This document shows positions 15,362-28,700 of a stretch of DNA of 64,000 bases, piece after piece. Both the position numbers and the translations under genes were made by a program. Position 1 is the first letter of the stretch. Every line of letters begins with the position of its first letter. The DNA lies in contig OX597817.1 in assembly GCA_951406725.2 (NCBI GenBank), positions 135,780,001-135,844,000 of the forward strand, given 5' to 3'. Below the pieces are notes generated by a model. It was not told where the DNA came from and searched no databases. It saw nothing but the letters and a program-made list of their open reading frames with translations. Source of the DNA: Octopus vulgaris. Its lineage: Eukaryota.

Positions 15362-15893
15362 AATCTACTGGGAGTTACAACTTTTGCCTGTCACATGTTT
15401 CAAATCATGCCAATTCGCAAAGAGACTGAATAGTCATCTGAGAGGTCGTGGATGGAAAGTCAGGAATACCAATGAGGAAACTCAGAGCGACATCAATCAC
15501 CATATATATGTGTGTGTGTGTGGATGCATGTATGACTGTATGCGTGTATGTATGCATACATGCATGTAATGTATATAACGGATGTATGTTTGCATGTATA
15601 CATGTATGTATGCATGTACGTGTGGACATAAGTGTGTATGTGTGTGTGAGAATGTACTTATGTAATGTAGTATCTAATGTATATATGTAGTTGTATATGT
15701 GTATGTGTGAGTGTGTGAGTGTTTGATAACTGCATAAATATACATATCTAAACATGTATATGTATGTCTGTCTGTATGTATGTGTGTATGTATGCATATG
15801 TAGGCGGGAATGTTTAAAGAGAGAAAAACAGCAGCAAGAGAAACTACGCGAACAGTTATAAATAGTATTGGTAGACAGTTTGTGGTGGTGACA

Positions 15894-15925
<32 letters not shown>

Positions 15926-16248
15926 TGCTGTTGTAGCTGTAACTGTACCAGTATCGGCTTTAACAGTAGTGGTAGTGGTAGTAGTAGTAGTAGTTGTGGT
16001 AGTAGTGGTAGTGGTAGTAGCAGCAGCAGAATCGGCTTTTGTCTCAGTATCCGTTGTGGGTTACCGTACTGTAAAATCTGTATGACTGGCAGTAAGGGTT
16101 GTAGTAGTAGCTGTGGTAGTAGCTAGGTGTGGCAGGATCTGATGTTGGGTTGTGGTAGCGGTTGCGCCGGTGCAAGGCTGGAGAGAAGGAGAGGACCAAT
16201 GGCGAAGAAAAACCGAACGGATTATCAACCAGAGTGTTATTGTTTTGG

Positions 16249-16296
<48 letters not shown>

Positions 16297-16686
16297 CGTC
16301 GACGTCAACGCAGACCACTACGAGAATGATGGTAATGCTGATGATGATGACGATGATGATGTTGATGTTGATGTTGTTACGTGCGGACAGGCTGAGATCG
16401 TGCACAAGCGTCCGACCTAATATGCCAGTTGTTCTAAAATGTTAATTGTTTGCTGGGAAACACAAACAGGAAACTGTCAAAATGGCCAACGAAAGTAAAC
16501 ATTTTGCTTGGCTAAACTATATACATGTATCGCACACACACACAAATATGTATGTACGTACATAAATACCTATGTGTACGTGATTGTATGCATGCATGTA
16601 TGTATGTATGTATGTATGTATGTATGTATGTATGTATGTATGTATGTATGTATGTATGTATGTATGTATGTATGTATGTATGTATG

Positions 16687-16720
<34 letters not shown>

Positions 16721-16904
16721 TGTATGTATGTGTGTGTCTGTGTGTGCGTGTATGTATGTGTGTAGATATGTATGTATGTGTGTTTGTGTGTATGTATTTG
16801 TGGGTATGTATGTATGTATGTATGCACATATGTATGTGCGTATGTATGTGTGTATGTATGCATGCATGACTTTTTGTCCGTCTGCCTGTTTATCTATCTA
16901 TCTA

Positions 16905-16935
<31 letters not shown>

Positions 16936-17103
16936 ATCAAAACAAGCAACAAGGATATCCAAAGATAGTGTAGTACAATCGTTTCATGCTACTTCATTTA
17001 ATTAAACAATGCAAGTATTACATCAGTTTTAAAATGTAGAGCACTATTCGGCCACATATGGAATTTTTAAAATTAAATTGACAATTTTCATTTTTATACT
17101 TAT

Positions 17104-17304
17104 TCCACGGATTTTTGTCAGTGAACAGGTCGCGGTCTTAAAGCGACGAAAATATTTTGACAAATTAAACTTAAATTTTGAAGTGAATCGAACAGCTTTT
17201 GTGTGTTTCTTAAATGGCTTACAAACACTTTCCACGCTGCAATTGTTTTCGTTTCAGCACACGATCTCAGATCAAATCACTTGGCATGCAAGTACATCTC
17301 CGTA

Positions 17305-17305
<1 letters not shown>
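17104..17305 (+). mobile_element. ~200-bp dispersed repeat (probable PLE pLTR) ending in (TA)n
   Basis: Inverted homologue at 23746-23945; carries an HHR-like fold. Confidence 0.8.
17114..17164 (+). ncRNA. Hammerhead-like motif with G3/C8-swapped core (GUGAACA)
   Basis: tttgtca-GTGAACA-G-gtcgc(ggtcttaaa)gcgac-GAAA-a-ta-tt-t-tgacaaa: 7-bp stem I, 5-bp stem II, palindromic AAUAUU stem III. Confidence 0.65.
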
Positions 17306-17357
<52 letters not shown>

Positions 17358-17519
17358 TGTATGTATGTATGTATGTATGTATGTATGTATGTATGTATGG
17401 TTATATGTGTGTATAAATACGCACGCATAGACACACATATATGTATGTATATATACATAATATATATACATGTATATATACATATATATACATATACATA
17501 CATATACATACATACATAT

Positions 17520-17564
<45 letters not shown>

Positions 17565-17897
17565 TGTGTGTATTTATACACACACATCTATAGCTTGCTA
17601 GCTAGCAAGATAGATAGACAGATAGATAGATGGAAGGATAAGTAGATAGATAGATTTACATATATATATAATCTTACATAGAATAACACAAAATGTGTGT
17701 CTGATCGGTCACGGTGATAGAGGGAGGCTAAAACAACACGCGGAGTGGGAGTGAACCAAATGTTCCGAAGTCCGTATACAAATTTTCATCGTAATTTATG
17801 TTTACTTCAAACAATTTCGTTCACGTACACACATATATTTAGATGTATCTGAAATTAAATATTACATTCTTTTACTTTCTAGATTTCATACACGGGA

Positions 17898-20762
17898 CAT
17901 ACATACATAAAACTTAGATATGTTTCGACCAGAGATTGGTCCAGGCCATGTCTAACTTAATAGCACCACCTGATAGGATTATTCGAATCCTGTTTAAGTC
18001 AAGTTTTGTTCAAGTAGTGGGTTCTTGTTGGGTGAGTTGTATCCAGTTTTGTTCAAGTAGTGAGTTCTTGTTGGGTGAGTTGTATCCAATTATGGGTGGC
18101 TTATCTGGTATTCTTTGAAGGAATCTATCCAGACTCTGTTTGAAGTTGATGGGATCCTTTTCCTCTTTGATCTCCCTCGGGACAATGTTAAATAGGGCAG
18201 GGCCTGTTGAGGAAAAGAAATTATGTTGCAGTGTACATGTATGTTGTGATCTTGAATTTGGCAGGGGACGTATAGCCCGTGGTCCAAGTCTCGGATGAAC
18301 CTTGAAGCTAATGTTTAGGTCGTTTGGGCAAAGTTGGCGGTATATTTTCCACATCGTACAAATGATGTACCGCTCACGGCGACGCTGGAGGGAGTAAAGT
18401 TTCAAGGCTTTAAGGCGATCCCAATAATCGAGAGCAGCCATGCCTTCAATTTGTTTAGTGAGAGCCCTCTGGGGTGACTCAATTTTGGAGATGTTTTGTC
18501 TTGTGTGAGGAGACCACAGTGGGCAGCAGTATTCAAGGTGTGGCCGTACAAAGGATGAAAAAAGTGGTATGATGACACCTTGTTCTCTGGACCGGAAAGT
18601 TCTTAAGATCCAGGAACTCATCCTACGAGCTGTATCGACCTTCTTGTCCCAGGTCTCTGATATTGTTAGAGGCTGTGAGCGGTTCTCCTGAAGGAAGAGA
18701 GTATGGTTGTTTTAGTGAGGAATTTCTTCCAAAATGCATCAGCTCAAATTTTCCCTCATTCAGTTGCATTTTGTTTCTGTCTGCCCATTGACTCACAGCA
18801 TATAGGTCAGACTGGAGTTGAGTTCGGTCTGCTTCTTCATTGACGATTTGCTGGAGCTTAGTGTCATCAGCGAATATTTTCACTTTGCAGTGATGTACGA
18901 CACTGGAAAGGTCGTTTACATAAATTATGAAGAGTAGCGGACCCAACACAGTTCCATGGGGAACATCGCTGGTGACTTTTGCTGGGTTTGAGTGGACTCC
19001 ATCAACTACAACATGTTGTGTTCTATTCGCTAGGAAATACTGAATCCAGTGTAGAACTTTTCCACGGATTCCAACATTTGCCAATTTTGAGAGTAGGATG
19101 TTATGGTCTACCCTGTCGAACGCTTTACTGAAGTCAAGGTATATGACGTCAGAGTTCGAACCTGTTCCCAAGGCTTTGAGTACATCTTCAATGTGGTGTA
19201 AGAGCTGTGTTAGACAGTCCCTGCCACAGCGAAAGCCATGCTGATTTGAATTTAGGAGTTTGTGGGTCTCCAGGAAGTCAGCTATCCTTGATCTTAACAC
19301 TCTTTCAAACACTTTAATGATGTGGGAGGTGAGTGAGATTGGGCGATAGTTGACTGCGAGGGATCTGTTTCCCTGTTTGAAAACCGGGATGACCGACTGG
19401 GATAGAAACTTTTTCGGTATATAACCTGCGTCTAACGAGTTTCTCCAGAGGTTGGTCAGAGGGACTGCAAGTTGAGATCTACATTTCTTCAGGAGACTGG
19501 CGGGAAATCTATCAGGGCCTACAGCAGAGTAATGTTTGACCTCATTTATTGCTGCTACGATGTCGGTGGCAGTGAAGGTTATGTCTGCGATTTTGTGTTG
19601 GGAGTCAGCTTCGTTCGTTTCCCTCACATCAATATCAGTGGGAACACTGAAGACAGAGCAATATTGTTTCTGCAGTATTTCTGCCATTTCTTTAGCATCG
19701 TGTTGGGGAATGCCGTTTTTATCAATCAATGGCCCAATAGGTGAGACAGTGGTTCTATGCTTATTTGCATAAGAATAGAACACTTTTGGGTTCTGTTTGA
19801 TGTTTTTGATTACCCATTGTTCCTCCACAGCTCTTTGATTTTCAATGGAGGTTTTCATGTTAGTCTGCAGATGAAGTTTTTCCAGCTCTAGTCTTTTCAT
19901 TGTTGTTGAATGTGGATGTTGCGTGTGGGAATATTTTAATTGGTTGATTTTTTTGTTGAGTCTTTTGATGCGCCTGATGAGTGTTTTTTTCTTTTTAGGG
20001 AGCCGGTTTCTGTTTGTGTTAGTAGATTTCTTGGGAGCGTGTTTAGAGCATGTGTCGGTGACAATGGTTTCAAAGTGCTGCCACGCGGTCTCAATATGAG
20101 GGGAATTGAGAGTAAAAGACCAGTCGATGGAAGACAGATCCTTTCTGATTGTTCCCCAGTCCGCTTTGTGGAAATTTATGTTGTCAAATGGGTGCCATGG
20201 AGTGGAATTGGCTGGTTTGGTTTTTATACGTCGGGAATTAAGATTGCAGAGTACCATGTCGTGGTCTGAGAGGAGAGTTTTTTCGACTGAAATGCTGTGA
20301 ACGTAGCTAGAGTGATTGGTCAGTACCAGATCCAAGATCGTTTTATTCTGTCTCGTTGGTTCAAGCACTAGCTGAGTCAGGAAATACTCATCCATCAGAT
20401 TAAAGAGCAGTTCTGCTGCTGCCCTATCTGATGTAGAGCACTTGCCTAACTTCGGAGTATTTGTGGGCCAGTTCACATGAGGGAGGTTAAAATCACCCAT
20501 CACTATTATGTTTCCGGAGTGGTACTTCCGAAGGAAGGACTTGACTTTGCTAAGGCACTCTTCAAAGTACTTTAGAGGTGCCTGGGGAGGCCTGTAAAGA
20601 CCAACAATGGTTATGTCCTTGGCTTTGTTGTATACTGATACCGATTCACAGTAGCCATTGGAAAATGTGTCCTTGGCATCAAGTGAAAAGGAGTCATGGA
20701 TAAAGATGGCTGTCCCTCCCTTATTTCGGTCTGTGCGATCCGCACGAACAATGGTGAAATCT
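17898..20762 (-). mobile_element. 5'-truncated CR1/L2-group LINE (APE C-half, RT, C-terminus)
   Basis: LYRPP, MGDFNLPHVNW, ILDLVLTN, SDH; 626-aa ORF with YLDFSKAFDRV and FADD; 203-aa C-terminal ORF after a small deletion at ~18630; (TATG)n tail. Confidence 0.95.
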
Positions 20763-20851
20763 TTTATTTATTTTTTATTTTATTTTCATACATACATACA
20801 TACATACATACATACATACATACATACATACATACATACATACATACATAC

Positions 20852-22337
20852 ATTATGGCTTCCCCCTCGTTATCGAGTATGGCCATTGCACGAAGCTTAA
20901 CTGTTAACGGTGCTGTGATCGAATGTGACTTTTTAGCCCAGCCAAAGATCTACAAAGTCTTGTACAGAATTGGCAACTAAAACCTTTACCGGTAATAGCC
21001 AGCTGTAGTTGTAACTGGGCTTCATGTACCCTTGCATGTCGTTTAAGTCCTCCTGCCGAATTACACTCTCTTCCACATGCCCGACAGATATGATTAGTAT
21101 GGTGTGTTACACCACCACCAGTGGCCAGGTTTCACTCATCTGTCTCGCTTTATGATTACGAAGATGACTCTTTAGTCCAGCTTTACTGAGGCAGGGTCTT
21201 GCACAGACATTGCATGTCAGCATCAAAGGAAGACCCTTCCCTTCTGGAAGTGTAACAGCGATGCCCTTCCTGACATCCCTCCTTACTTTCTCATGTGCCA
21301 CTCGAGATTCTCAAAAGTGGCTGTCCCCTCATGCACAATCCTTCTCCACCTGCTACGATCAATAGCTATACCTTCCCATGTGTCAGGAGAGATGCAAGCA
21401 TCTCTTAAGGAAGCCTTCACCAAATCCTTATACCTCTTTTTTGGTTTATGTGGAGGTCGTTCTCCTTTAGCTAACTCTCCATAAAAGAGTTGTTTTGGCA
21501 TCCTTGAATCCTTCATCCTGACCAGATGACCGCTCCATCTGAGCCTTTGCTTTAACACAAGAGCTTCTATACTTTCACACCGAGAGCCTTCCAATATTTC
21601 AAGATCACTGATCCAGTCCTTCCACTTAATGCCATAGATCAGTCTGATGCACATCTGATGGAAACGTTCCAGTTGTTTAAGGTGGTATCGATATGTGACC
21701 CACGTCTCGCAGGCATATAGAAGAGAAGGGAGCACACATGCCTTGTACACCTTTATCTTTGTCTTTCTGCATATGTCTCGCCGACTCCAGAGGCGCTTTT
21801 CTAGCCTTCCGAAAGCAACACTTGCTTTCCTAATTCTATATGGAATTTCATCATCCACATTGCCATATCTATTAATAGTGCTTCACAGGTAGACAAACTG
21901 ATCAACTACATCAAGTCGTTTACCATACACATAGATATTTGGTACACTATACTGCTTACCAGGGGCAGGTTGATGCATGACAACAGTTTTCTTGAGATTG
22001 ACTGTCAATCCTAAGGCAGTGCAAGCATCAGAGAATGCATTCAAAATGTGTTGCATATTAATCTGTTTGTGCTACTAGCTCACAATCATCTGCATACAAA
22101 AGGTCTCTTATGATAGAGGTATATACCTTTGTTTTTGCAACAAGGTGCCTGATATTAGATATGCTGCCAGAGGTTCGATAATGGACGTAAACACCGTATC
22201 TGCAGTTTCTGAATGCAATATAGAACACCATCGCAAAATATATGGAAAATAGGGTCGGTGCCAGAATATCCCCCTGTTTCACTCCATTTTGTATTGAAAT
22301 GGGCTCCGACATTTTCCCTCTAACATTCACCCTACCA
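20852..22337 (-). mobile_element. 5'-truncated RTE-clade LINE with (TATG)n tail
   Basis: NGVKQGDILAPTLF, LLYADD, KASVAFGRL, LLYACETW, LRWSGHLVRM, C-terminal CNVC..LKSHLRNH finger. Confidence 0.95.
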
Positions 22338-22372
<35 letters not shown>

Positions 22373-22375
22373 GTT

Positions 22376-22431
<56 letters not shown>

Positions 22432-22446
22432 CATACATACATACAT

Positions 22447-22521
<75 letters not shown>

Positions 22522-22604
22522 AATTAATATAGGGTAGGAAAATTATAGAAATTTTTTTCACCAGTGGCCTAGTATGTATACAAAGTCAATAGACATATTT
22601 GTCC

Positions 22605-22793
22605 TATAAAATTAGTGTACATTTAATCACAAAAGAGGTGAACATTTACAGGCTAGAAGGAACAGTCGAAAAGTTCAAACCATAGTTAACTGCTCTTAAC
22701 TGTGGTTTGGACTTTTTGACTGTTCCTTCTAGCATCTAAGGTGACCTGTTAAGGATCACCTCTTTTTGTGTTGAAATTTACACTAATTTTATA
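22605..22793. repeat. Imperfect palindrome, ~85-bp arms
   Basis: tataaaattagtgta..ctagaaggaacagtc..accatagttaa / ttaactgtggt..gactgttccttctag..tacactaattttata. Confidence 0.9.
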
Positions 22794-22933
22794 TATCTCA
22801 AACTGTGATGGTTTTTGGGTGTGTCTAGGAAGAGTGAGGTAATATCTTTTAACAGGGCCGTAGGCACAATTCAGATGGCTATGTGAAACTGCTGGAGTCT
22901 GTGGTCAAACCCTGGTTGGCGAGGATCTAACAT

Positions 22934-23740
22934 TTACACTGAAAGGTGGGTTATACCATACAGTTTTCTTCTGTACTCGAGCTTAACAGTCAAGTTCTTT
23001 CTGCTTAAAGCTGCATTGCAAAATATAGCACTACTGTAATTAAAGGTCTCTTCATCAAAGGATATTCCAGAAATTCTTTTGCTAATGTTTCTAGGCTGTC
23101 TTCCTTGAACAACCTTAATTCTATAAACTGGAATTTGCATTGGCAGATGTGTAAAAATAAATAATCCTATTAGACTGCAGAGTTTAGTTTCATGAAAGTA
23201 GCCCATAAGCACAGCGAAAAGATCCAAGACATTACGCTTTAATCAGCAAGAATCAGACAACAGCAGATATCTTCTAGCATGCACAATAGTATCTATGTCC
23301 AAATCAAAATTGTGGGTATAACCGCGGCTAAAGTGTAAGATTTTCATTAAAAGGGTAAAATGAATGGTAAAATTCAGCGATGCCAAATGAATTTATAGTG
23401 ATGCGTTTTGTGTAAATTGTTGAAATAATCTATTAGTAGAAGATTGTTTTTCCAAAGAAGATTAATAAGCTGCATAACTCTTTTATTAATTGAATCAAAT
23501 TTTAATGTTAATTCTAACTAATTAATTTTTAGCTGGAGAAATAAGCCTGCATTTAAGAGTAGCTAAGCTGTAGGGTCGATGGTCTATTAAAATAATGGGA
23601 GGCGGATATCTTGCAGCTAAAATTTGAATTGTATCATCTGTCTCAAAAACCTAAGTGAAATACTTTGATTCCTTGTTAATAAGGTTGCAAGTTTAGCTTC
23701 TTAATCAGTTTTCGTTATGTTACTAGAAGGAAAATGTTTA
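22934..23740 (-). mobile_element. Decayed Penelope-like RT fragment
   Basis: LFAVLMGYFHETKLCSLIGLFI, PRNISKRISGISFDEETFN, TIVHARRYLL; parallels the RT at 59157-59870. Confidence 0.7.
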
Positions 23741-23745
23741 TAGAT

Positions 23746-23945
23746 TTACGGAGATGCACTTGCATAGCAAGTGACCTGATCTGAGATCGTGTTCTGGAAT
23801 GAAAACAATTGCAGCGTGGAAGGTGCTTATAAGCCATTTAAGAAACGTACAAAAACCGTTAGATTCACTTCAACATTTAAATTTAATTTGTCAAAATATT
23901 TTCGTCGCTTTGAGACCGCGACCTGTTCACTGACAAAATTCCGTG
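23746..23945 (-). mobile_element. Second copy of the 17104-17305 repeat; GUGAACA hammerhead-like motif at 23887-23937
   Basis: Reverse-complement alignment; core and stems identical; same strand as, and directly upstream of, a PLE RT fragment. Confidence 0.8.
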
Positions 23946-25142
23946 CAGTACGGCATGAATAAGATGACGAATGAATAAGATGACAACGTTAGGCTCTCAA
24001 ATCAACGTGAATATTTATTCTCGTTACTCAATTAAATCGGAAAGCTGTTAAAATCTGTTGGAGAAAAATTCAGTCCCGGTGACTTAAAAATGAGCATTAT
24101 CTGTATTGTCTACTTTTATGCCATGTGATCGAGCTGCGAGAGAATCGTCTGTACCTGAACTGGTCGACAGGCATAGCCCCCGACTATATTAAGTCAGTCT
24201 CAAATGAGATGTAAGTATCAAGGTTTCTTTTTATCAAAATGAGATAATTCCAGAGATTTTTACCATTTTGACTCCTAAAAATATAACGGGAGTAGATCTT
24301 TGAAGTTAGCCAACAATGTAATGCCACCATCACGATTGTTGAAAGAGTATGTGGATCTGTAGGTGCAGGCAGTTTAACACTTGTAATTATGTTGCCAAAA
24401 GTAGCGTCGTTGCAAGAAATAACACCTTTTCTAGGCAGAGATGTTCGAGGTTCGGTTCTAAAGGAGATGATTTGTTACGGAAATCTCCTTGCAGTACACA
24501 TGTCAAAAGACGACGATTGGTAAGATGATTGGAACGGCTAAAAACTGCACAACCGCCGTTAACTTGTCATAGGAGAGAATCGATCGGTTGAAGGAGATAA
24601 TAATGTGGAAAGGTAGAAGACAACATACAGAAGACATAGAAGTCTGTGTCTACTCTTAATATAAGAACAATCAAAGCAGAAGTGTGACTCATTGTCGAGA
24701 AAGAACAAACATTGCTAATAGTCTGTGGTGGTGTGTGAAACAATAAATCCGTTTAATAAAAAGTAACATAAAACTAAATGAAAATTAACTGATCAGAAAA
24801 ATGAGTGGAAAATGGTTTACTTGAAAAATCGAAACCCGTTCATGTATTAGGAACAGCCAGTAAAGACTGTAGAACAAGTGAGATGCATGTTTGGAGAAAT
24901 GGATGTTGCCACGTTAAATAGTAAATCATTTTGTTAATAGAGTATAAGTGTTTGTGTGACAACCGAGGCGACCTTACTGATCAAAGTATTTTGCGTGTAG
25001 CATAGTTCCGTATTGCACAAAGGAAACTTCTGAGATCAATTAGTCTGTCGTGGTAAGACTTGCGGAGAAAGAGTCGGACAAAGAAGTCACATACATGCTA
25101 TGTGTGTGTGTGTGTTTGTTTGTTCGTGTGTTTGTTTGTTTG

Positions 25143-25197
<55 letters not shown>

Positions 25198-25606
25198 AGC
25201 ATTGACGTTCTGCTCACTCCTGTAATATAAAAGCGTTCCGTAGGCCTTGCAACGGCAAACACCGGTGAACCCTCGACTACACACCTCCATCAGCATTCAT
25301 CTGGTTCCTCGCCCGTTCTTTTAGCAATCCTCCATCAACTATTGATACTTCACCCGTTCTTCCTCTCTTGTACATCTTCCATCCTCTTCCCTGAGAGTAC
25401 ATTCTTATTGCTGCCTACATAGGTACACCTTGTTAATGAATGTCAAGCCCTTGGCTGCTGACAACCGGATACATCACTCTAGGCCAAGCTGCCCCATATA
25501 CACGGTCAGGGTATTCAATCCCTGCTGTCCGTATAGACAATAGCTCACCTATGTTGGTCATACAATCTTAATTCTAACCCACTACCATCAACGGTTATGT
25601 CCCATA

Positions 25607-25908
25607 CTGGCACTCCATCGGTTACGACGACGAGCATTGAACGGAGAAGCCTGGTTATCGTGCCAAAATCAATATGAAAATGGCTGAGAACGCCACAGAT
25701 ATGCGTACCCTTAATGTAGTATTCAGGGAGATTCGATGTGACACATAATGTGACAAGGCTGGCCTTTTGAATTACAGGTAAAACTCATTGTTGCCAAATA
25801 CTTAGACTGGAGCAACGGGAAATAAAGTGACTTGCTCAAGGACACTACGTCCCGCTGGGCATCGAATTCGCGACCCTACGATCATGAGCTGAATGGCCGA
25901 ACCACTAA
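25607..25908 (-). mobile_element. SINE family D (CORE-like body, family-A tail)
   Basis: tgtccttgagcaagtcactt after the tRNA-like head; 3' part matches family A; homologous to 29774-30099. Confidence 0.75.
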
Positions 25909-26014
25909 CATACACACACACATATACACACACATGTACACACACACACGCACACACACACGCACACACACACGCGCACACACAAACACACACATACACA
26001 CACACACACACATG

Positions 26015-26175
26015 CATTACGGGGTTCTTTCAGATTCTGTCTACCGAATCCACTCACAAAGCTTCGCTCGGCCCGCGACTATTGTAGAGTCACTTGCTCA
26101 AGGCGCCACGCTGTGAGACTGAATCCGGAGCCATGTGATTGAGAAGCAAATTTTCAAACAATCACGCTCGCACCT
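26015..26175 (-). mobile_element. SINE family C, 5' part (tRNA head + CORE-like box)
   Basis: ggattcagtctcacagcgtggcgccttgagcaagtg on the minus strand. Confidence 0.65.
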
Positions 26176-26187
26176 ATATATATATAG

Positions 26188-27479
26188 GAGGAGAATTCAC
26201 AAAAAACAAAACCAAAAGACGAAGAAAACAGGTGGTGTAGACAACAAACAGATGTGTTAGTTTAATGCTCGGGAAGTGAAAAAGTCTTTAACGTTTCGAG
26301 CCTATGCTCTTCCACAGAAAAGAACACAGAAAGAAACAAGGAGAGAAAATAAAGAATGTGTAGTGGCTAGCGATCTATCAAGGCGAATGCCAGACAGAGG
26401 GGTCACACAAGAGTGCTAGGAAGAAGGGGAGATAATAAAGTAGTGGTAATCCCTAAACGTAGGTGCGCCTGTGTATCTATAAGAGAGCATGTATGTGCGT
26501 GTGGAAGAGAGTTTGTGACTTTGACGTGTGCGTGTGTGTATGTGGGGGGAGAGAAGTGGTCAGTGCTAGTGTGTGCGTGGTGATGTGATGTTGTGTTGTG
26601 TGGTATAGTGGTGTATGGTGTAGTGGTGTGTGGTGTGGTGTGATGGTGTTTGGATGTGGGGAGGCGAGAGTGGGGAAAGCAAGGGTGTGGATTAGGCTGA
26701 GGGTGGGAGTAGAGGTGGGGTATGTGGAAGTGGGTGTAAGGAATGGATAGGGAAGGTGGGGTTTGATTATGTAGGGGTGTGGTTATGAGGGAGGGGTGAC
26801 GATGAAGGGAGAAGGTTAAGGGAGAATGTGGGTAGGAGTGAAGAGAAGAAGTAGGAGTCGGAGCAAGAGAGGAGAGGTGGGTGGGAGGAAGCAGGTGTGA
26901 AAGGGAGAGAGGGGAGGGGAGGAGAGTTGAGCCATGTGACGCAAAGGAGCGAAGAGAGAAGATTAATCCCTGTTCACGGCGCAAACGGGAGTCTGGATGG
27001 CCCCTGTGCAAGGACAATCCGAAAACAGACAAGTGTTGCAAAGAGTGACTTAGAGCGGAAATGACGCGAAACAGGGGTGTCATTGCCGAGTCGGATGCCT
27101 CGGAGCTGTTCTGCGAACCGATCTGCCAAGCAGCATCCCGTTTGCACGATGTATAGAGAAGGGCAGAAAGAGCAGGAGGTGCAGTAGATGGCAGTAGAAG
27201 TGCAGGTGAAGGAGTCGGTGATATGATAGGGTCGATGATGGGTGCCGGGGAAGAGGGTGGTGTCGGAGAGGTAAGGGCAAGTGCGGCAGCGTGGATGGGA
27301 GCAGGAAAACGAGCCGGATTGGGAGGTTGGATTAGGGAAGAAGCTGTGGACCAAGAAGTCTCGTAGGTTGTGGGCTCGTTTGAAGGAGGGGAAGGGTCGG
27401 TAAGCAAAGATATGGCGAACTGGAGTCGCCGGAAGGTTCGGAGAATGGTGCGTGGAGAGGTTGGGTGGTGGGGTGGTAG

Positions 27480-27480
<1 letters not shown>
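26188..27480 (-). mobile_element. Penelope-like 3' fragment: Cys-rich linker/GIY-YIG, pyrimidine-rich UTR, pLTR
   Basis: SFKRAHNLRDFLVHS, CSHPRCRTCP, FTCTS.AIYCTSCSFCPSLYIVQTG..LADRFAEQL; bounded by (TA)n. Confidence 0.9.
26285..26322 (-). ncRNA. Minimal hammerhead-like motif, CUGUGGA core
   Basis: ctttt-CTGTGGA-A-gagc(atag)gctc-GAAAC-GT-T-aaaga. Confidence 0.6.
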
Positions 27481-27545
<65 letters not shown>

Positions 27546-28177
27546 GCATATGTATATCCTTTTTCAAGATTTCTTGCCAATAGAGAAAGAACCGGTTTCT
27601 AACCTAGATCCAATGTTTCTTCAGTGGAATTTCAACATCAGTAACAGGATATTTTTGTTTGCATGTACGTACGTACGTATGTATGTATGTATGTATGTAT
27701 GTATGTATGTATGTATGTATGTATGTATGTATGTATGTATGTATGTGTATATGTATGTATATGTGTGTGTGTGTGTCGATTGGTCTGAGTCTTAAGGATT
27801 TTGGCTAACAACCCCATAGCCGCCAGCGTGCATTTGGCCGACAGTGTATTATATAGGAAAAACTGATGAATATTGCTATTTCGTCATCCAGTCAAGTGAG
27901 TAATTGCCACAGTCTTTTCTTGTTTAATGATGTTAGGTACCCTGCAACTCCAATCGCTGTAACAACATTTACTGCACATGTCACGCAGTGAAGAAATAAA
28001 ATGAAGATGAATAGATATTCAACAGCTTCATTCGTGCTGTAAATGTTTCAGTAGCATGGAAATTTATTTGTACGCTATGATTTACATATAATGCGGTATT
28101 ACATAATTTTCATTATTTATGCGCTAAATTACCAGCTATTCCTCTCAGCGACGTCAGTTCTCTGACTGCATTGATAT

Positions 28178-28211
28178 AATTATTATTATTATTATTGTAA
28201 TTATTATTGTA

Positions 28212-28291
<80 letters not shown>

Positions 28292-28317
28292 CATCATCAT
28301 CATCATTATTATTATTA

Positions 28318-28411
<94 letters not shown>

Positions 28412-28425
28412 CATCATCATCATCA

Positions 28426-28472
<47 letters not shown>
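28178..28472. repeat. (ATT)n/(ATC)n microsatellite
   Basis: Seen directly. Confidence 0.95.
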
Positions 28473-28481
28473 GTCAATACA

Positions 28482-28700
28482 TAGGCGGCGAGCTGACAGA
28501 ATCGTTAGCAAACCGGGAAAATGCTTAGCGGCATATCGTCTGTCTTTGTGTTTGAAGTTCGAATTCCGCAGGGCTCTACTTTACCTGTCATCGTTTCGGG
28601 ATTGGTGAAATAAGTACCAGGTGACCACTAGACTAGATGCAATCGACTTTCCCCTCCCCATAAAAATTCTGGCCTTGAGCCAAAATTTGAAATGATTATT
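28482..28700 (+). mobile_element. SINE family B, diverged
   Basis: ggcggcgagctgacagaatcgttagc..gttcgaattcc..aagtaccag. Confidence 0.8.

Noticed and set aside
15870-16440. Low-complexity host exon (also 42540-43200 and 53040-54060)
   Set aside because: Plausible-composition frames contain stops; no recognisable domain.
17104-23945. Inverted 200-bp copies as terminal repeats of one 6.8-kb composite transposon
   Set aside because: No TSD or transposase; the interior is unrelated retroelements; independent insertions are simpler.
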